Below the pieces are notes generated by a model, which did no database searches, was not told where the DNA came from, and saw only the letters and a program-made list of their open reading frames with translations. From NCBI GenBank assembly GCA_021735185.1, contig JAIPHN010000001.1, positions 1 to 49,012 on the forward strand: 49,012 nucleotides of DNA. Reading direction: 5' to 3'. The first letter of the stretch is position 1. Every line of letters starts with the position of its first letter. Of the stretch, positions 1 to 8,722 are shown piece after piece. The DNA comes from Candidatus Bipolaricaulota bacterium. GTDB lineage: Bacteria > Bipolaricaulota > Bipolaricaulia > M55B111. The position numbers were made by a program, and so were the translations under genes.

Positions 1-1622
1 CTTACTACCGTCAGGGGCGGAGATTGGTTATTGGAATAATACCAGCGCATAAGCTCCGTGGAGGACTTGAGAGAAGCTTTGTATTCCCCGGCAAGCCTTT
101 TCCACTGGCTTTTAAGAAACAGGTAGTCTTTCGGGGCCATCTCCGGCTCGAGACGTTTGAGTCTATTTAACGCGGTTTCATAAAGCCCGTGGTTCTTAAA
201 TACGATGGAATAAACCAGACTTTTCTCTAAGGACGTCGGAAGATCTTTTTCTGTCACCTTTATTTCGTACTCTTCGAGATCTAACTCTCTAGCCTTCCAG
301 GTATCACGTAAATCAAAACTCCCCCTGGACCAGCCCTTTCTGCTCTCGAGTAGACTGTAGTAATTTACAGGGTTTTCGTTCTGCTCGGCCACTAATTTCA
401 GATAATCCGTCGAACCATTCGAGCTAGCGTTGGTTTTATACCGCCAAAAAACGAGTTCCGGCGGCAACTGATTGTAGAAGGATTCAAGGGAAACCAGGTA
501 ATCTTTGGCGAGCTTGTACTTTCCTTCGGAAAAACTTCTGTAAAACAGTCGCCAGGTTACATCTTTGACCGCAGAGCGGGTCATGGAATTCTTAAACCGT
601 TCCAGCTCGTGATCCAGAGTAAGGGTACTTGCTCCTTTAGTTCTCTCTGAAAAAGCGCGATTTACCGCGAGGCCACCGAAATAGCTGCCCGGGAATTCTC
701 TTCCCACTTCCAGAAGGCTCTCAACCAGGTCGTAGTCGCTAGTTTCTCCTGCCTGAAATAGAGTATGGTAGTACTTTGCTTTGGCCTCGAACCAGTCAGG
801 GAGGTTCATGCCGAGCAACCGCTGAAAAGTCCAGCGAGCCTCCTCGGGATGATCAACCTTGAACCCGTCAATCCAGGCAAGATCGAAGTATGCTCTGTAC
901 TTCAGGGATCCGGTCCAGTTTCCCATGTTTCGCAGCAAAATACTTCTGGCCCTCCGATACTCGCCGTAATCCATTAAAAGTTCGACGTATCTACTTAAAT
1001 ACTCCAGGGGTTCCGCGGTATCAAAATCAACTTCACGTATTATTTCACCAAGCCTGTCGAGCAATTGAACCCGCTTCTCTCCTACGAAACGAAGATTTGT
1101 AACTTCCACAAGATCTATCCCTCGCTTCAGCGCGGCTGAATAATTATTCGAGTTAACGGCAATTGTTAACTGGAGTTCAAGTATCTTCCTTTTCTCTTCC
1201 TCCGTTACCGCTTTCCCTAATGCCCGTTCAGCCGATTCCCCGGCAAGTCCGGGACGCCCCATTTCCAGAAGAACTTTTGATTTAAGATAGAACTTCTCGA
1301 AGGAGAGAACGCCGTTTCCCGGTGAAATTTTCTCGAGTACTGAAAGCGCCTTCTCGTACTTACCTCCGCCGAGATTAGCACGTGCAAGTAAATACGTAGA
1401 ATAATCCCCGAGTGGAGGATCACCTGAATATTTTTCAAGCAATCGGGTCGCCTTTCCGTACTGATCTTGATCCAGCGCCTCCACTGCTTCAATAAATTCT
1501 CCCGAGACTTCAGTCAGCTCGGAGGAACGAGAAAGGAGTACCCCGGGGAAAAACTGGATTAGAGAGAGCAAAATAACCACTAAAATCGGGAATGCAAGTA
1601 CTCTAGATATCTTATTATTCAT
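1..1622 (-). CDS. Partial CDS (first ~540 aa; continues off the left edge). Signal-anchored helical-repeat protein resembling the N-terminal superhelical region of Slt-type lytic murein transglycosylases.
   Basis: Manual minus-strand translation from ATG 1622-1620 (MNNKISRVLAFPILVVILLSLIQ...) stays open to position 1. It is absent from the ORF track because it has no stop in the window. It has a hydrophobic N-terminus and TPR-like helical repeats. The NYYSLLESRKG segment resembles the YYG.LA..RLG segment of Slt70-like proteins. The catalytic domain would lie off-window. Confidence 0.45.
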   Translation of the reverse strand, partial: MNNKISRVLAFPILVVILLSLIQFFPGVLLSRSSELTEVSGEFIEAVEALDQDQYGKATRLLEKYSGDPPLGDYSTYLLARANLGGGKYEKALSVLEKISPGNGVLSFEKFYLKSKVLLEMGRPGLAGESAERALGKAVTEEEKRKILELQLTIAVNSNNYSAALKRGIDLVEVTNLRFVGEKRVQLLDRLGEIIREVDFDTAEPLEYLSRYVELLMDYGEYRRARSILLRNMGNWTGSLKYRAYFDLAWIDGFKVDHPEEARWTFQRLLGMNLPDWFEAKAKYYHTLFQAGETSDYDLVESLLEVGREFPGSYFGGLAVNRAFSERTKGASTLTLDHELERFKNSMTRSAVKDVTWRLFYRSFSEGKYKLAKDYLVSLESFYNQLPPELVFWRYKTNASSNGSTDYLKLVAEQNENPVNYYSLLESRKGWSRGSFDLRDTWKARELDLEEYEIKVTEKDLPTSLEKSLVYSIVFKNHGLYETALNRLKRLEPEMAPKDYLFLKSQWKRLAGEYKASLKSSTELMRWYYSNNQSPPLTVV

Positions 1623-1746
1623 AGCAATTGATCATAACAACCTTATAAACCTAGACCTCCGCAATATTAAACCGGGTTCTGTACAAATATATGATATCTT
1701 TACGGGCCGGTTTAGTCAATCTTTACCGAGGACAATGTGATGCAGA

Positions 1747-2913
1747 TTATACCCGAAACAGGATATCCTCCCTTTTGAACAACCAGATTGCAAAATAAAC
1801 GAGAAGAAATGCCAGTGGAACGGTCGTAATGAAAGTTGCTCCTATGTGAAATAGGTTTACTGTTCCGGCGATCAATTCTCTGAAAGTTTCCAGGGAGTTC
1901 AAAATGGGGATAAAGAAAGCAAATTTACCGAGATCCATTCCCCCGGTCATCGAGAGTATTCCCGTCAGAACGACTAACATGAGCACTGGCGTCTGGTAAA
2001 CGTTTGCTTCTTTTTGGGTTCGAGCGAAAGATCCGATACCTATCACCAGGGATGACAGAACTGCTACGAGCGGAAGGACAGTAACGAGAATCCAGAAAAA
2101 GATAGAGAGAGTAAGACTCTCAAGGGGAAGCGAAATTCCAAATAAACCAAGTCCATAAATCAATCCGACAACGCTAAAAATCGCGGCCACAGCTGCCACG
2201 GAAAACACGGTCAAAAATTTCCCAAGAACGATTTCCTCCCGAGAAAGTCGCGAAACCAGCAGGGTGGAAATGGTCTTCTTTTCTTTTTCGCCGGCAGTAA
2301 TTTCCGCGCCAAGACCCATAGCCGCAGTTATAATTGATAAAATGACGAAATAAGGCAGCATCATCTCGAGCATCTCTCTTCCAATAGCGGATTCCGCATC
2401 ACCCACCCCGTTGACGCTAATTTCCATCGGAGGGGATATTTCTTCGTAACTTATCCCCATGCCACTCAGTTTCTGCTTCATCGACTCCTCGAGATAGGAC
2501 TCAAATACCCCTTTTGCCCTGCTGAGAGCGATTTCGGAACCCTGATCAAATTTCCTGTAGGAAACCTCGACACTGATTCCGGAAGGCTGCTTTTTTTTAA
2601 CCTCGAGCAAGAGATCACTGGTACCGTTTTCAAAATCCTCCCGGGCAGCGCCTTCCTCCCGGTAAAAAGTTGTGGCAAGTTCATTCTCCTTCACGAAAAA
2701 ACTGGCCAGTACGGGGGAAGCTTCTTTGTTCTGATAGGCTACTCTGGGAACTGTTCCTTCGGCGCTCGAGACGTTCTGGCTGGAAAAATGAAATATCAGC
2801 CCAAGCATTGTAGGGTAAAATATCAACGGGAAAACCAGGACGAGAATAGCGGTTCTTCTATCTCGTAATCCGGACAGAATTTCTTTTTTAAAGACCAACC
2901 AGACGTTTCTCAA
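1747..2913 (-). CDS. ABC-2 type transporter permease (NatB-like)
   Basis: 388-aa ORF with an N-terminal TM segment, a large extracytoplasmic loop and a C-terminal cluster of TM helices. The TTG start overlaps the TGA stop of the upstream ATPase gene (TTGA). Confidence 0.75.
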   Translation of the reverse strand: MRNVWLVFKKEILSGLRDRRTAILVLVFPLIFYPTMLGLIFHFSSQNVSSAEGTVPRVAYQNKEASPVLASFFVKENELATTFYREEGAAREDFENGTSDLLLEVKKKQPSGISVEVSYRKFDQGSEIALSRAKGVFESYLEESMKQKLSGMGISYEEISPPMEISVNGVGDAESAIGREMLEMMLPYFVILSIITAAMGLGAEITAGEKEKKTISTLLVSRLSREEIVLGKFLTVFSVAAVAAIFSVVGLIYGLGLFGISLPLESLTLSIFFWILVTVLPLVAVLSSLVIGIGSFARTQKEANVYQTPVLMLVVLTGILSMTGGMDLGKFAFFIPILNSLETFRELIAGTVNLFHIGATFITTVPLAFLLVYFAIWLFKREDILFRV

Positions 2914-3668
2914 TTGTCATCCCCTCCAGCAACGTCGAAGAACAGAGTTTCCAGGTCCTCCACGTTATATCGTTCAACCAACTTATGGATCTCTCCAAAA
3001 GCCTTGATTTCTCCCTCAAATAGAATCGCAATCTTGTCACAGAGTTTCTCGGCAACGCTCATTATATGAGTTGAAAGAATTATCGTCTTGCCTTCCCGTT
3101 TGAATTGTTCGATATAATCCGTGACTGTCTTCGACGTCATCAGATCCAGTCCCTGAGTCGGCTCGTCAAAGATTAAAATTTGCGGGTCGTGAATTATACT
3201 TCGTGCCAGTGAAAGTTTCTGCTTCATTCCAGTCGAGAGGTTATTTACCTTCCTTCCCCCGAACTCGTTCATGTCAAGGATATCGAATACCTCTTCCATT
3301 CTTGGTTCGATTAAATCTTCGTCCAGTCCGTTTATTCGGGCAAAGAACCTCAGGGTTTCCCTGGGGGTTAACCGGCCGTAGAGTCCCATTTCAGTTGCCA
3401 AGTAGCCAATCGACTGACGGACCTTCAACGGGTTTTCCTTCACGTCCTCACCGCCGACGATAGCAGTTCCGGAGGTCGGGTTAAGTATCGTAGAAACCAT
3501 CCTCAGTGCCGTCGTCTTTCCCGCACCGTTGGGTCCAAGTATCCCCAGCACTTCTCCCGAAGCGGCCTCGAGATTCATCTTTCTTACGGCAGTTATAGTT
3601 TCGTCCCTGTTTAGCTCGAACTTCTTCGTCAGGTCAACCGTCCTTACTTCTATCCTCTTAGAGTTCAC
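2910..3668 (-). CDS. ABC transporter ATP-binding protein (NatA-like)
   Basis: Walker A GPNGAGKTT, signature LSTGMKQKL, Walker B ILIFDEPT. The GTG start overlaps the serS stop (GTGA). Confidence 0.9.
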   Translation of the reverse strand: MNSKRIEVRTVDLTKKFELNRDETITAVRKMNLEAASGEVLGILGPNGAGKTTALRMVSTILNPTSGTAIVGGEDVKENPLKVRQSIGYLATEMGLYGRLTPRETLRFFARINGLDEDLIEPRMEEVFDILDMNEFGGRKVNNLSTGMKQKLSLARSIIHDPQILIFDEPTQGLDLMTSKTVTDYIEQFKREGKTIILSTHIMSVAEKLCDKIAILFEGEIKAFGEIHKLVERYNVEDLETLFFDVAGGDDN

Positions 3669-4993
3669 TGTATTACTTCCTTACCCGCGTATTTTGCCAG
3701 CGCCTCCGGCACTTCGATGGAACCGTCCGGCCTCTGGTTGTTTTCCAGCAGCGAAACCAGCAACCGGGAAGTCGCCAACCCGGAACCGTTAAGAGTATGC
3801 AAAAACTCGGGCTTTGATTCATTGGATCCATTATTACCGGACTCCGGCCTATATCGGATGCTGCCCCTCCTCGCCTGGAAGTCTTCACAGTTACTTATCG
3901 ACGACACCTCGTAGTACTTCTCCTGTGTCGGTATCCAGACCTCAAGGTCTATCGTCTTGCTGGCCTGCTGCGCCAGATCACAGGTGGGGAGGGCTACCTT
4001 GCGGTAATGCATCCCCAACTCCTGCAGAATGGCTTCCGCATCATGAGTTAATTCTTCGAAGTGACGATAGGAGTTTTCCGGCTCGACGAACCGGAATAGT
4101 TCGACCTTGTTGAATTGATGCGTCCGGATAAGCCCTCTTTCCTCTTCCCCGTAACTACCCGCTTCTCGCCGGAAGCAGGTCGTAAACGCAACTAGTTTTT
4201 TCGGGAGCTGTCCGGCTTCGAGTATGTCGTCTTTATAATAATTCACCAGAATGCTTTCGGCAGTTGGATTCAGGTATAGAGTTTCGTCCTTATCTTTCCG
4301 ATCGGATTTCTCGTTCGCCCTGTCGTCTATCCTGTACAGGTCGTCTTCGAACTTCGGCAACTGTCCGGAGGTGAAGTAACTGGAACCTTTCGCAAGATAA
4401 GGCGGAAAAACGGGGGTATATTCGTTTTGCTGTACCTGGAAAAAGTACATAAACTGAATCAGAGCCATCTCCAGCAGTGCCCCATCACCGTAATAGAAGG
4501 GAAACCTGGCACCGGATATCTTGGCGGCCCTGTCGAACTTGAAAAGGTTTAGTTCTTCTCCCAGTTCCAGGTGATTCCTGGGCTCAAAATCAAATGAGGG
4601 TTTTTCACCGTACTCTGCAATTACTTCCTTGTCTTCCTCGACGTCACTAACGGGAACCGATTCGTGCGGCAGGTTGGGCAAACGAGCCATTTTTTCTTCC
4701 AGGCTGGATTCTACGGCTTCCAGGTCCTCTTCCAGCTCGTCGATTTCATCGGCAACCGACCCCATTCGATCTATAATCGCTTCCGCCTCATCGTCCTTCC
4801 CTTCTGCCTTTAGTTTGCCGATCTTCTCCGATTCCTCGTTTCGCTCATGCCTGAGCTCTTCGACTTCTTTAATCAAACTTCGTCTCTTCTCGTCAAGTTC
4901 CAGGATCTTTCCGATCTCTACATCCGGATCCCTTGTTCGCAGTCGCTCTTCTATCCCTTCGGGATTCTCTCTTATTTTTTCAATATCTAACAT
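3665..4993 (-). CDS. serS: Seryl-tRNA synthetase
   Basis: 442 aa with an N-terminal coiled-coil arm (MLDIEKIRENPEGIEERL...) and a class II core (FRREAGSYG, TLNGSGLATSRLLVSLLEN). ATG at 4993. Confidence 0.95.
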   Translation of the reverse strand: MLDIEKIRENPEGIEERLRTRDPDVEIGKILELDEKRRSLIKEVEELRHERNEESEKIGKLKAEGKDDEAEAIIDRMGSVADEIDELEEDLEAVESSLEEKMARLPNLPHESVPVSDVEEDKEVIAEYGEKPSFDFEPRNHLELGEELNLFKFDRAAKISGARFPFYYGDGALLEMALIQFMYFFQVQQNEYTPVFPPYLAKGSSYFTSGQLPKFEDDLYRIDDRANEKSDRKDKDETLYLNPTAESILVNYYKDDILEAGQLPKKLVAFTTCFRREAGSYGEEERGLIRTHQFNKVELFRFVEPENSYRHFEELTHDAEAILQELGMHYRKVALPTCDLAQQASKTIDLEVWIPTQEKYYEVSSISNCEDFQARRGSIRYRPESGNNGSNESKPEFLHTLNGSGLATSRLLVSLLENNQRPDGSIEVPEALAKYAGKEVIQ

Positions 4994-5029
4994 GTAAATT
5001 TATCACCGGTAAAAAACGATATTAAATGA

Positions 5030-5551
5030 TCATGAAAGCTTTTCAATTATAGCCTTCAGGAAGTCGGGCAGGTCGCCGGGATGGCGCGAGCTCACCAGGT
5101 TTGCGTCTACGACGACAGATTTGTCTTTGTAATTAACTCCGGCATTTACCATGTCGTCTTCAATGGCCTCGTAGCTGGTAGCGGTTCTACCTTCAAGTAT
5201 TCCCGCGGATATCGGAACCCAGCCGGCGTGACATATCATGGCCACCATTTTGTTCTGACTGTCGATTTCCGCGACAAAATCCGTAACGGCTTCGTCCCTT
5301 CTCAACTTATCCGGCGAACCGGTTCCTCCCGGTATTACGACTCCGTCCAGCGAGTCCACGTCCAGTTCCATCGCCGAATAGTTCGCTTCAATCGGGTAAC
5401 CGTGTTTACTTTTCTTTACCCCTGCCGAACTTGAAGCAACCACGGTTTCCGCACCTTCTTCCTCTAACCTTATCTTGGGGTACCAGCATTCAAGGTCTTC
5501 GTAACCTTCTTCGACAAGAAATGCAATCCGCTTTTCCGAGATACCAGCCAT
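5030..5551 (-). CDS. DJ-1/PfpI family intracellular protease/amidase
   Basis: Nucleophile-elbow context AMICHAGW and the GGTGSPD segment typical of PfpI. I prefer the internal ATG at 5551 (MAGISEKRIAFLV...), which is preceded by GGAGGG, over the ORF-track start at 5716. Confidence 0.85.
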   Translation of the reverse strand: MAGISEKRIAFLVEEGYEDLECWYPKIRLEEEGAETVVASSSAGVKKSKHGYPIEANYSAMELDVDSLDGVVIPGGTGSPDKLRRDEAVTDFVAEIDSQNKMVAMICHAGWVPISAGILEGRTATSYEAIEDDMVNAGVNYKDKSVVVDANLVSSRHPGDLPDFLKAIIEKLS

Positions 5552-5812
5552 AGTTATCCCTCCAGTGGAATTCTTGATTAATAGACTATAATCATGAGTC
5601 GTAAGTTTTGCAAAAGGTTTCAGTCTAAATGGTGGATAATATTTCCCTCGACGCTCTTTAAACGGACAGTTAAAATACCGATCGGATTCAGTCTGGCCGG
5701 GCTCCCGGGCAATCAATATCTGCTCAAATTCTTCTTAAGTGCTCCTCGATCCCGCTCAACCACTCCGGACCAGGTTCCGGGCGTTCTCGGGAGATTTCGG
5801 CAAACGAAAAAT

Positions 5813-5841
5813 TTGGAAGGGAGCCTGCAGCATGTTATAAT
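5813..5841 (+). promoter_or_regulatory. Sigma-70-like promoter: TTGGAA, 17-nt spacer, TATAAT, with an extended TG
   Basis: TTGGAA at 5813..5818, a 17-nt spacer ending ..CATGT, and TATAAT at 5836..5841. It lies about 110 nt upstream of the 5955 start codon. Confidence 0.45.
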
Positions 5842-5954
5842 TTTTAGTGTTATCGATGAACCAAATAACCCATTTCAACTTAAGGCTTGGTTGGTCGAAA
5901 ACGGTTTCAAGCTGGTGAATATTAATTCTCGTCTAAACCCTCGAGGTGAGTAAA

Positions 5955-6413
5955 ATGAAGACAACGTCAAAGCTTTTCGTTCTTTTACTCGTTTCCGTGG
6001 TCCTGCTTTTAACTTCCGGAACGATCGGAATTGCCGCTGAAGACATATCGCCGGCTGTACCCTCAATTGCGTCTTTCATCTTGCCCGGTGCGGGACAATT
6101 TATCAACGACCAACCAAATAAGGCGCTGACTCATTTCGTCGTCGGCGTTGGTATTTACTCCGCCTACTCGCTGCCTTTCATCTGGAAGTCACCTTTAATT
6201 AGAATACTACCGGCCCTGAATCTCGCCTGGTCCGGTTACAGCGCTTATGATGCCTACCGGGTTGCTGAAGAGAAAAATCGGAGTATTTTTGATTCTTCTT
6301 TAAATTCAAATTCAGAGCCAGTCTATTCCGTTGATCTAGTAGATTCGTCACTAGAACTTTCTACAGGTGCGCCTGAACTATCCGTTTCTTCGGTGTCGGA
6401 AACCAGGCAATAA
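5955..6413 (+). CDS. Small secreted/membrane protein with an LPGAGQ motif (function unknown)
   Basis: Signal-like N-terminus (MKTTSKLFVLLLVSVVLLLTSG), then SFILPGAGQFIND and hydrophobic segments. ATG 5955 is preceded by GAGGTGA. The ORF-track GTG at 5946 is less likely. Confidence 0.5.
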   Translation: MKTTSKLFVLLLVSVVLLLTSGTIGIAAEDISPAVPSIASFILPGAGQFINDQPNKALTHFVVGVGIYSAYSLPFIWKSPLIRILPALNLAWSGYSAYDAYRVAEEKNRSIFDSSLNSNSEPVYSVDLVDSSLELSTGAPELSVSSVSETRQ

Positions 6414-6449
6414 GTTTATTAAAAACTGGGTTTGCCCTGGACTTTCCCC

Positions 6450-6491
6450 CTTTGATTTTACGAATATCGAGGGAATCAACTAAAATCAAAG
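6450..6491. repeat. Perfect 11-bp inverted repeat (CTTTGATTTTA / TAAAATCAAAG) with a 20-nt spacer, between convergent genes
   Basis: Read directly at 6450..6460 and 6481..6491. There is no U-tract on either strand, so a terminator function is uncertain. Confidence 0.4.
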
Positions 6492-6628
6492 TAAGGCGGG
6501 TATAAAACGCCTCGCAGCGCCGCAGGGCTTTACAGGAGAAAATTGGAGTTGGCCTGTCAAAGAAGGAATTCGACGAAAAAGTTAGAAAGGAAGGCGGCCA
6601 CGTGGGACTGCTCGAATTGTTTTAAGAT

Positions 6629-7966
6629 TTACCCGTTCAACTCTCTGGCGATAAAGTCGCCGAGTTCTTTCGCGACTTTCTCCGCCCTGTCCTGGTCCTT
6701 GCCCTCGACCATGACTCGGATGACGTCCTGAGTACCGGAAGGACGAACCAGCGTTCTCCCTTCGTCCCCGAGTTCTTTTTCCCATTTATCGATTTCAGCC
6801 TGAATTTCGCCATCTTCCTGAAAGTCTTCCTTGTTGTCGGTGGGTACGTTCTCCAGAACCTGGGGATAGCGGACCATCCCCTCGCCCAGCTGGGACAACT
6901 TTTTTCCTGTTCTCTTCACAATTCCAAGTACCATTAGCGCGGTCAAGACCCCATCTCCCGTAGTATTTACGTCCTGAAATATGATGTGACCTGATTGTTC
7001 CCCTCCGATCAGCGCACCTTGTTTTATCATCTCCTGGGCGACGTATTTGTCCCCGACTTGAGTTCTAACGAGGTCTATTCCGATTTCGTGAAGTGATTTT
7101 TCCAGTCCCAAATTACTCATTACGGTGGAGACAACGGTCGGCGGTTTAAGTTCTCCTTTTTCCATCATGTACTTTGAAGCAAAGTAAAGCACCCTGTCGC
7201 CGTCCACCTCGTTCCCCTGTTCGTCGACAAAGAGAGCTCTATCCCCGTCACCGTCAAAAGCAACTCCTATATCGCTATCCCCGGATTCGACTTCTTCTTT
7301 TAATCTATCCAGGGAAGTTGAACCACAATTCTCGTTGATATTATAACCGGAAGGATTCACCCCGATCTTATTCAGGTCAGCTCCAAGATCGGAAAATAAC
7401 CTGGGAGCAACCCTGTAAGTAGCTCCGTGGGCACAGTCAAGAGCCAACTTCATACCGGTTAAATCGGGCAAATTTTCCCCGAGCCGGTCCTTTAGAGCTT
7501 CGATATAAAGATCTTCCGGGTTTTCAACAGTTGCGATATCCCCCAGGTCACTCCAGCGAGCCAGGCTTTCTCCGTCTCCAGTAACTATGAACTTTTCAAG
7601 CTTTTCCTCCACGTTCGGGGTCAACTTGAGGCCGTCGGAGTCGAAAAACTTTATTCCGTTATCACTGGCCAGGTTGTGCGAAGCCGATATAACCGCACCC
7701 AGCTTTGCGTCAAATTCCTCCAGTAATAACGGTACTCCCGGGGTAGGGAGCACATCCAAAAGGTATACATTCCTGCCGATCGACGAGATTCCGGATGCAA
7801 GGGCGTATTCCAGGGTCCTGGCTGATTGTCGGGTATCAGTACATACCAGGATCGCATCACCCTTCTGAGTTATAATATCGGTCGATTTCCCGAGCTTCAT
7901 CGCCAGTTCCGGGGTGATATCTTCGTTCACTTCGCCGCGCAAGCCGTCAGTTCCAAATAAATCCAC
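6629..7966 (-). CDS. glmM: Phosphoglucosamine mutase
   Basis: Phosphoserine loop SASHNLASDNGIKFF, metal-binding FDGDGDRALFVD, and GGEQSGH. The GTG start is preceded by AAGGAGG. Confidence 0.92.
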   Translation of the reverse strand: MDLFGTDGLRGEVNEDITPELAMKLGKSTDIITQKGDAILVCTDTRQSARTLEYALASGISSIGRNVYLLDVLPTPGVPLLLEEFDAKLGAVISASHNLASDNGIKFFDSDGLKLTPNVEEKLEKFIVTGDGESLARWSDLGDIATVENPEDLYIEALKDRLGENLPDLTGMKLALDCAHGATYRVAPRLFSDLGADLNKIGVNPSGYNINENCGSTSLDRLKEEVESGDSDIGVAFDGDGDRALFVDEQGNEVDGDRVLYFASKYMMEKGELKPPTVVSTVMSNLGLEKSLHEIGIDLVRTQVGDKYVAQEMIKQGALIGGEQSGHIIFQDVNTTGDGVLTALMVLGIVKRTGKKLSQLGEGMVRYPQVLENVPTDNKEDFQEDGEIQAEIDKWEKELGDEGRTLVRPSGTQDVIRVMVEGKDQDRAEKVAKELGDFIARELNG

Positions 7967-7982
7967 CTTTGCCTCCTTATAC

Positions 7983-8672
7983 TTACCGTCTTCTCTTTAC
8001 TTCTTCGGTCTTCTGTTTTAACTTGATGAATGTATCCGGGGGATAATAACCTGAAAGCGATGTATTTGCCGTTGAAAGGGTTCTTCTACCGACCAGTGTC
8101 CCGGGATTCAAAACGGAATTACAGCCAATTTCCGCCCGATCGCCCAGAAGACAGCCAAACTTTCTCAGTCCTGTAGGCACGTCCCCTTCCTCCAGGTGCA
8201 CCACAACGGGCTCCCTGTTGACTTTCAGGTTCGAAACTTTGACACCCGCTCCCAGGTGTCCTTTCCAGCCGATAACGGAGTCCCCAACGTAGGAAAAATG
8301 AGGGATTTCGGCACTGTCGTGGACCAGACTCCTTTTTATTTCAGTACTGTGACCAATGGTTACGCCATCGCCTACCACGACGTCGCTTCGAATATAAGCC
8401 CCGCTTCTTATTTTACAGTTCTCACCGATAATTGCCGGTCCTTTTATCGTCGCACCGGATTCGACTACAGTCCCGTTCCCTATATCGACGTCCTCCGAGA
8501 GCGTCGCCGAATCCGAAACCGTTCCCCGGATTTCCCGGGTCAGTTCTTCTTCAACTATCCCGTGGATCCTCTCCAGAATATCCCACGGATGTCCAAGATC
8601 CATATAGTATTCTTCGTAATCGGTCTTTGCCAGATCGAAAAACCTGTCTATATCTGGAACTTTTTCGATCAT
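7983..8672 (-). CDS. Left-handed beta-helix (hexapeptide-repeat) acyltransferase resembling the C-terminal GlcN-1-P acetyltransferase domain of GlmU, without a nucleotidyltransferase domain
   Basis: Hexapeptide repeats throughout. HFSYVGDSVIGWKGHLGAGVKVSNLK resembles the GlmU segment hLsYvGDa.iG..vNiGAGtit.N. It lies 16 nt upstream of glmM in the same orientation. Confidence 0.65.
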   Translation of the reverse strand: MIEKVPDIDRFFDLAKTDYEEYYMDLGHPWDILERIHGIVEEELTREIRGTVSDSATLSEDVDIGNGTVVESGATIKGPAIIGENCKIRSGAYIRSDVVVGDGVTIGHSTEIKRSLVHDSAEIPHFSYVGDSVIGWKGHLGAGVKVSNLKVNREPVVVHLEEGDVPTGLRKFGCLLGDRAEIGCNSVLNPGTLVGRRTLSTANTSLSGYYPPDTFIKLKQKTEEVKRRR

Positions 8673-8722
8673 TTTTTATAAACCCACCATTTACCTTCTT
8701 TACTCGCGGTTCAACTCGAAAT

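Noticed and set aside
4629-4997. Ser-rich antisense ORFs in the track (for example 4629..4997 +, 37653..38147 -, 44168..44455 -, 29782..29982 -)
   Set aside because: They are shadows of Glu/Asp-rich genuine genes on the opposite strand, low-complexity and without start context.
5552-5716. Longer 228-aa version of the PfpI-family ORF starting at 5716
   Set aside because: The extra 55 residues have no family similarity. The internal ATG at 5551 has a GGAGGG ribosome-binding site and gives a canonical-length protein.
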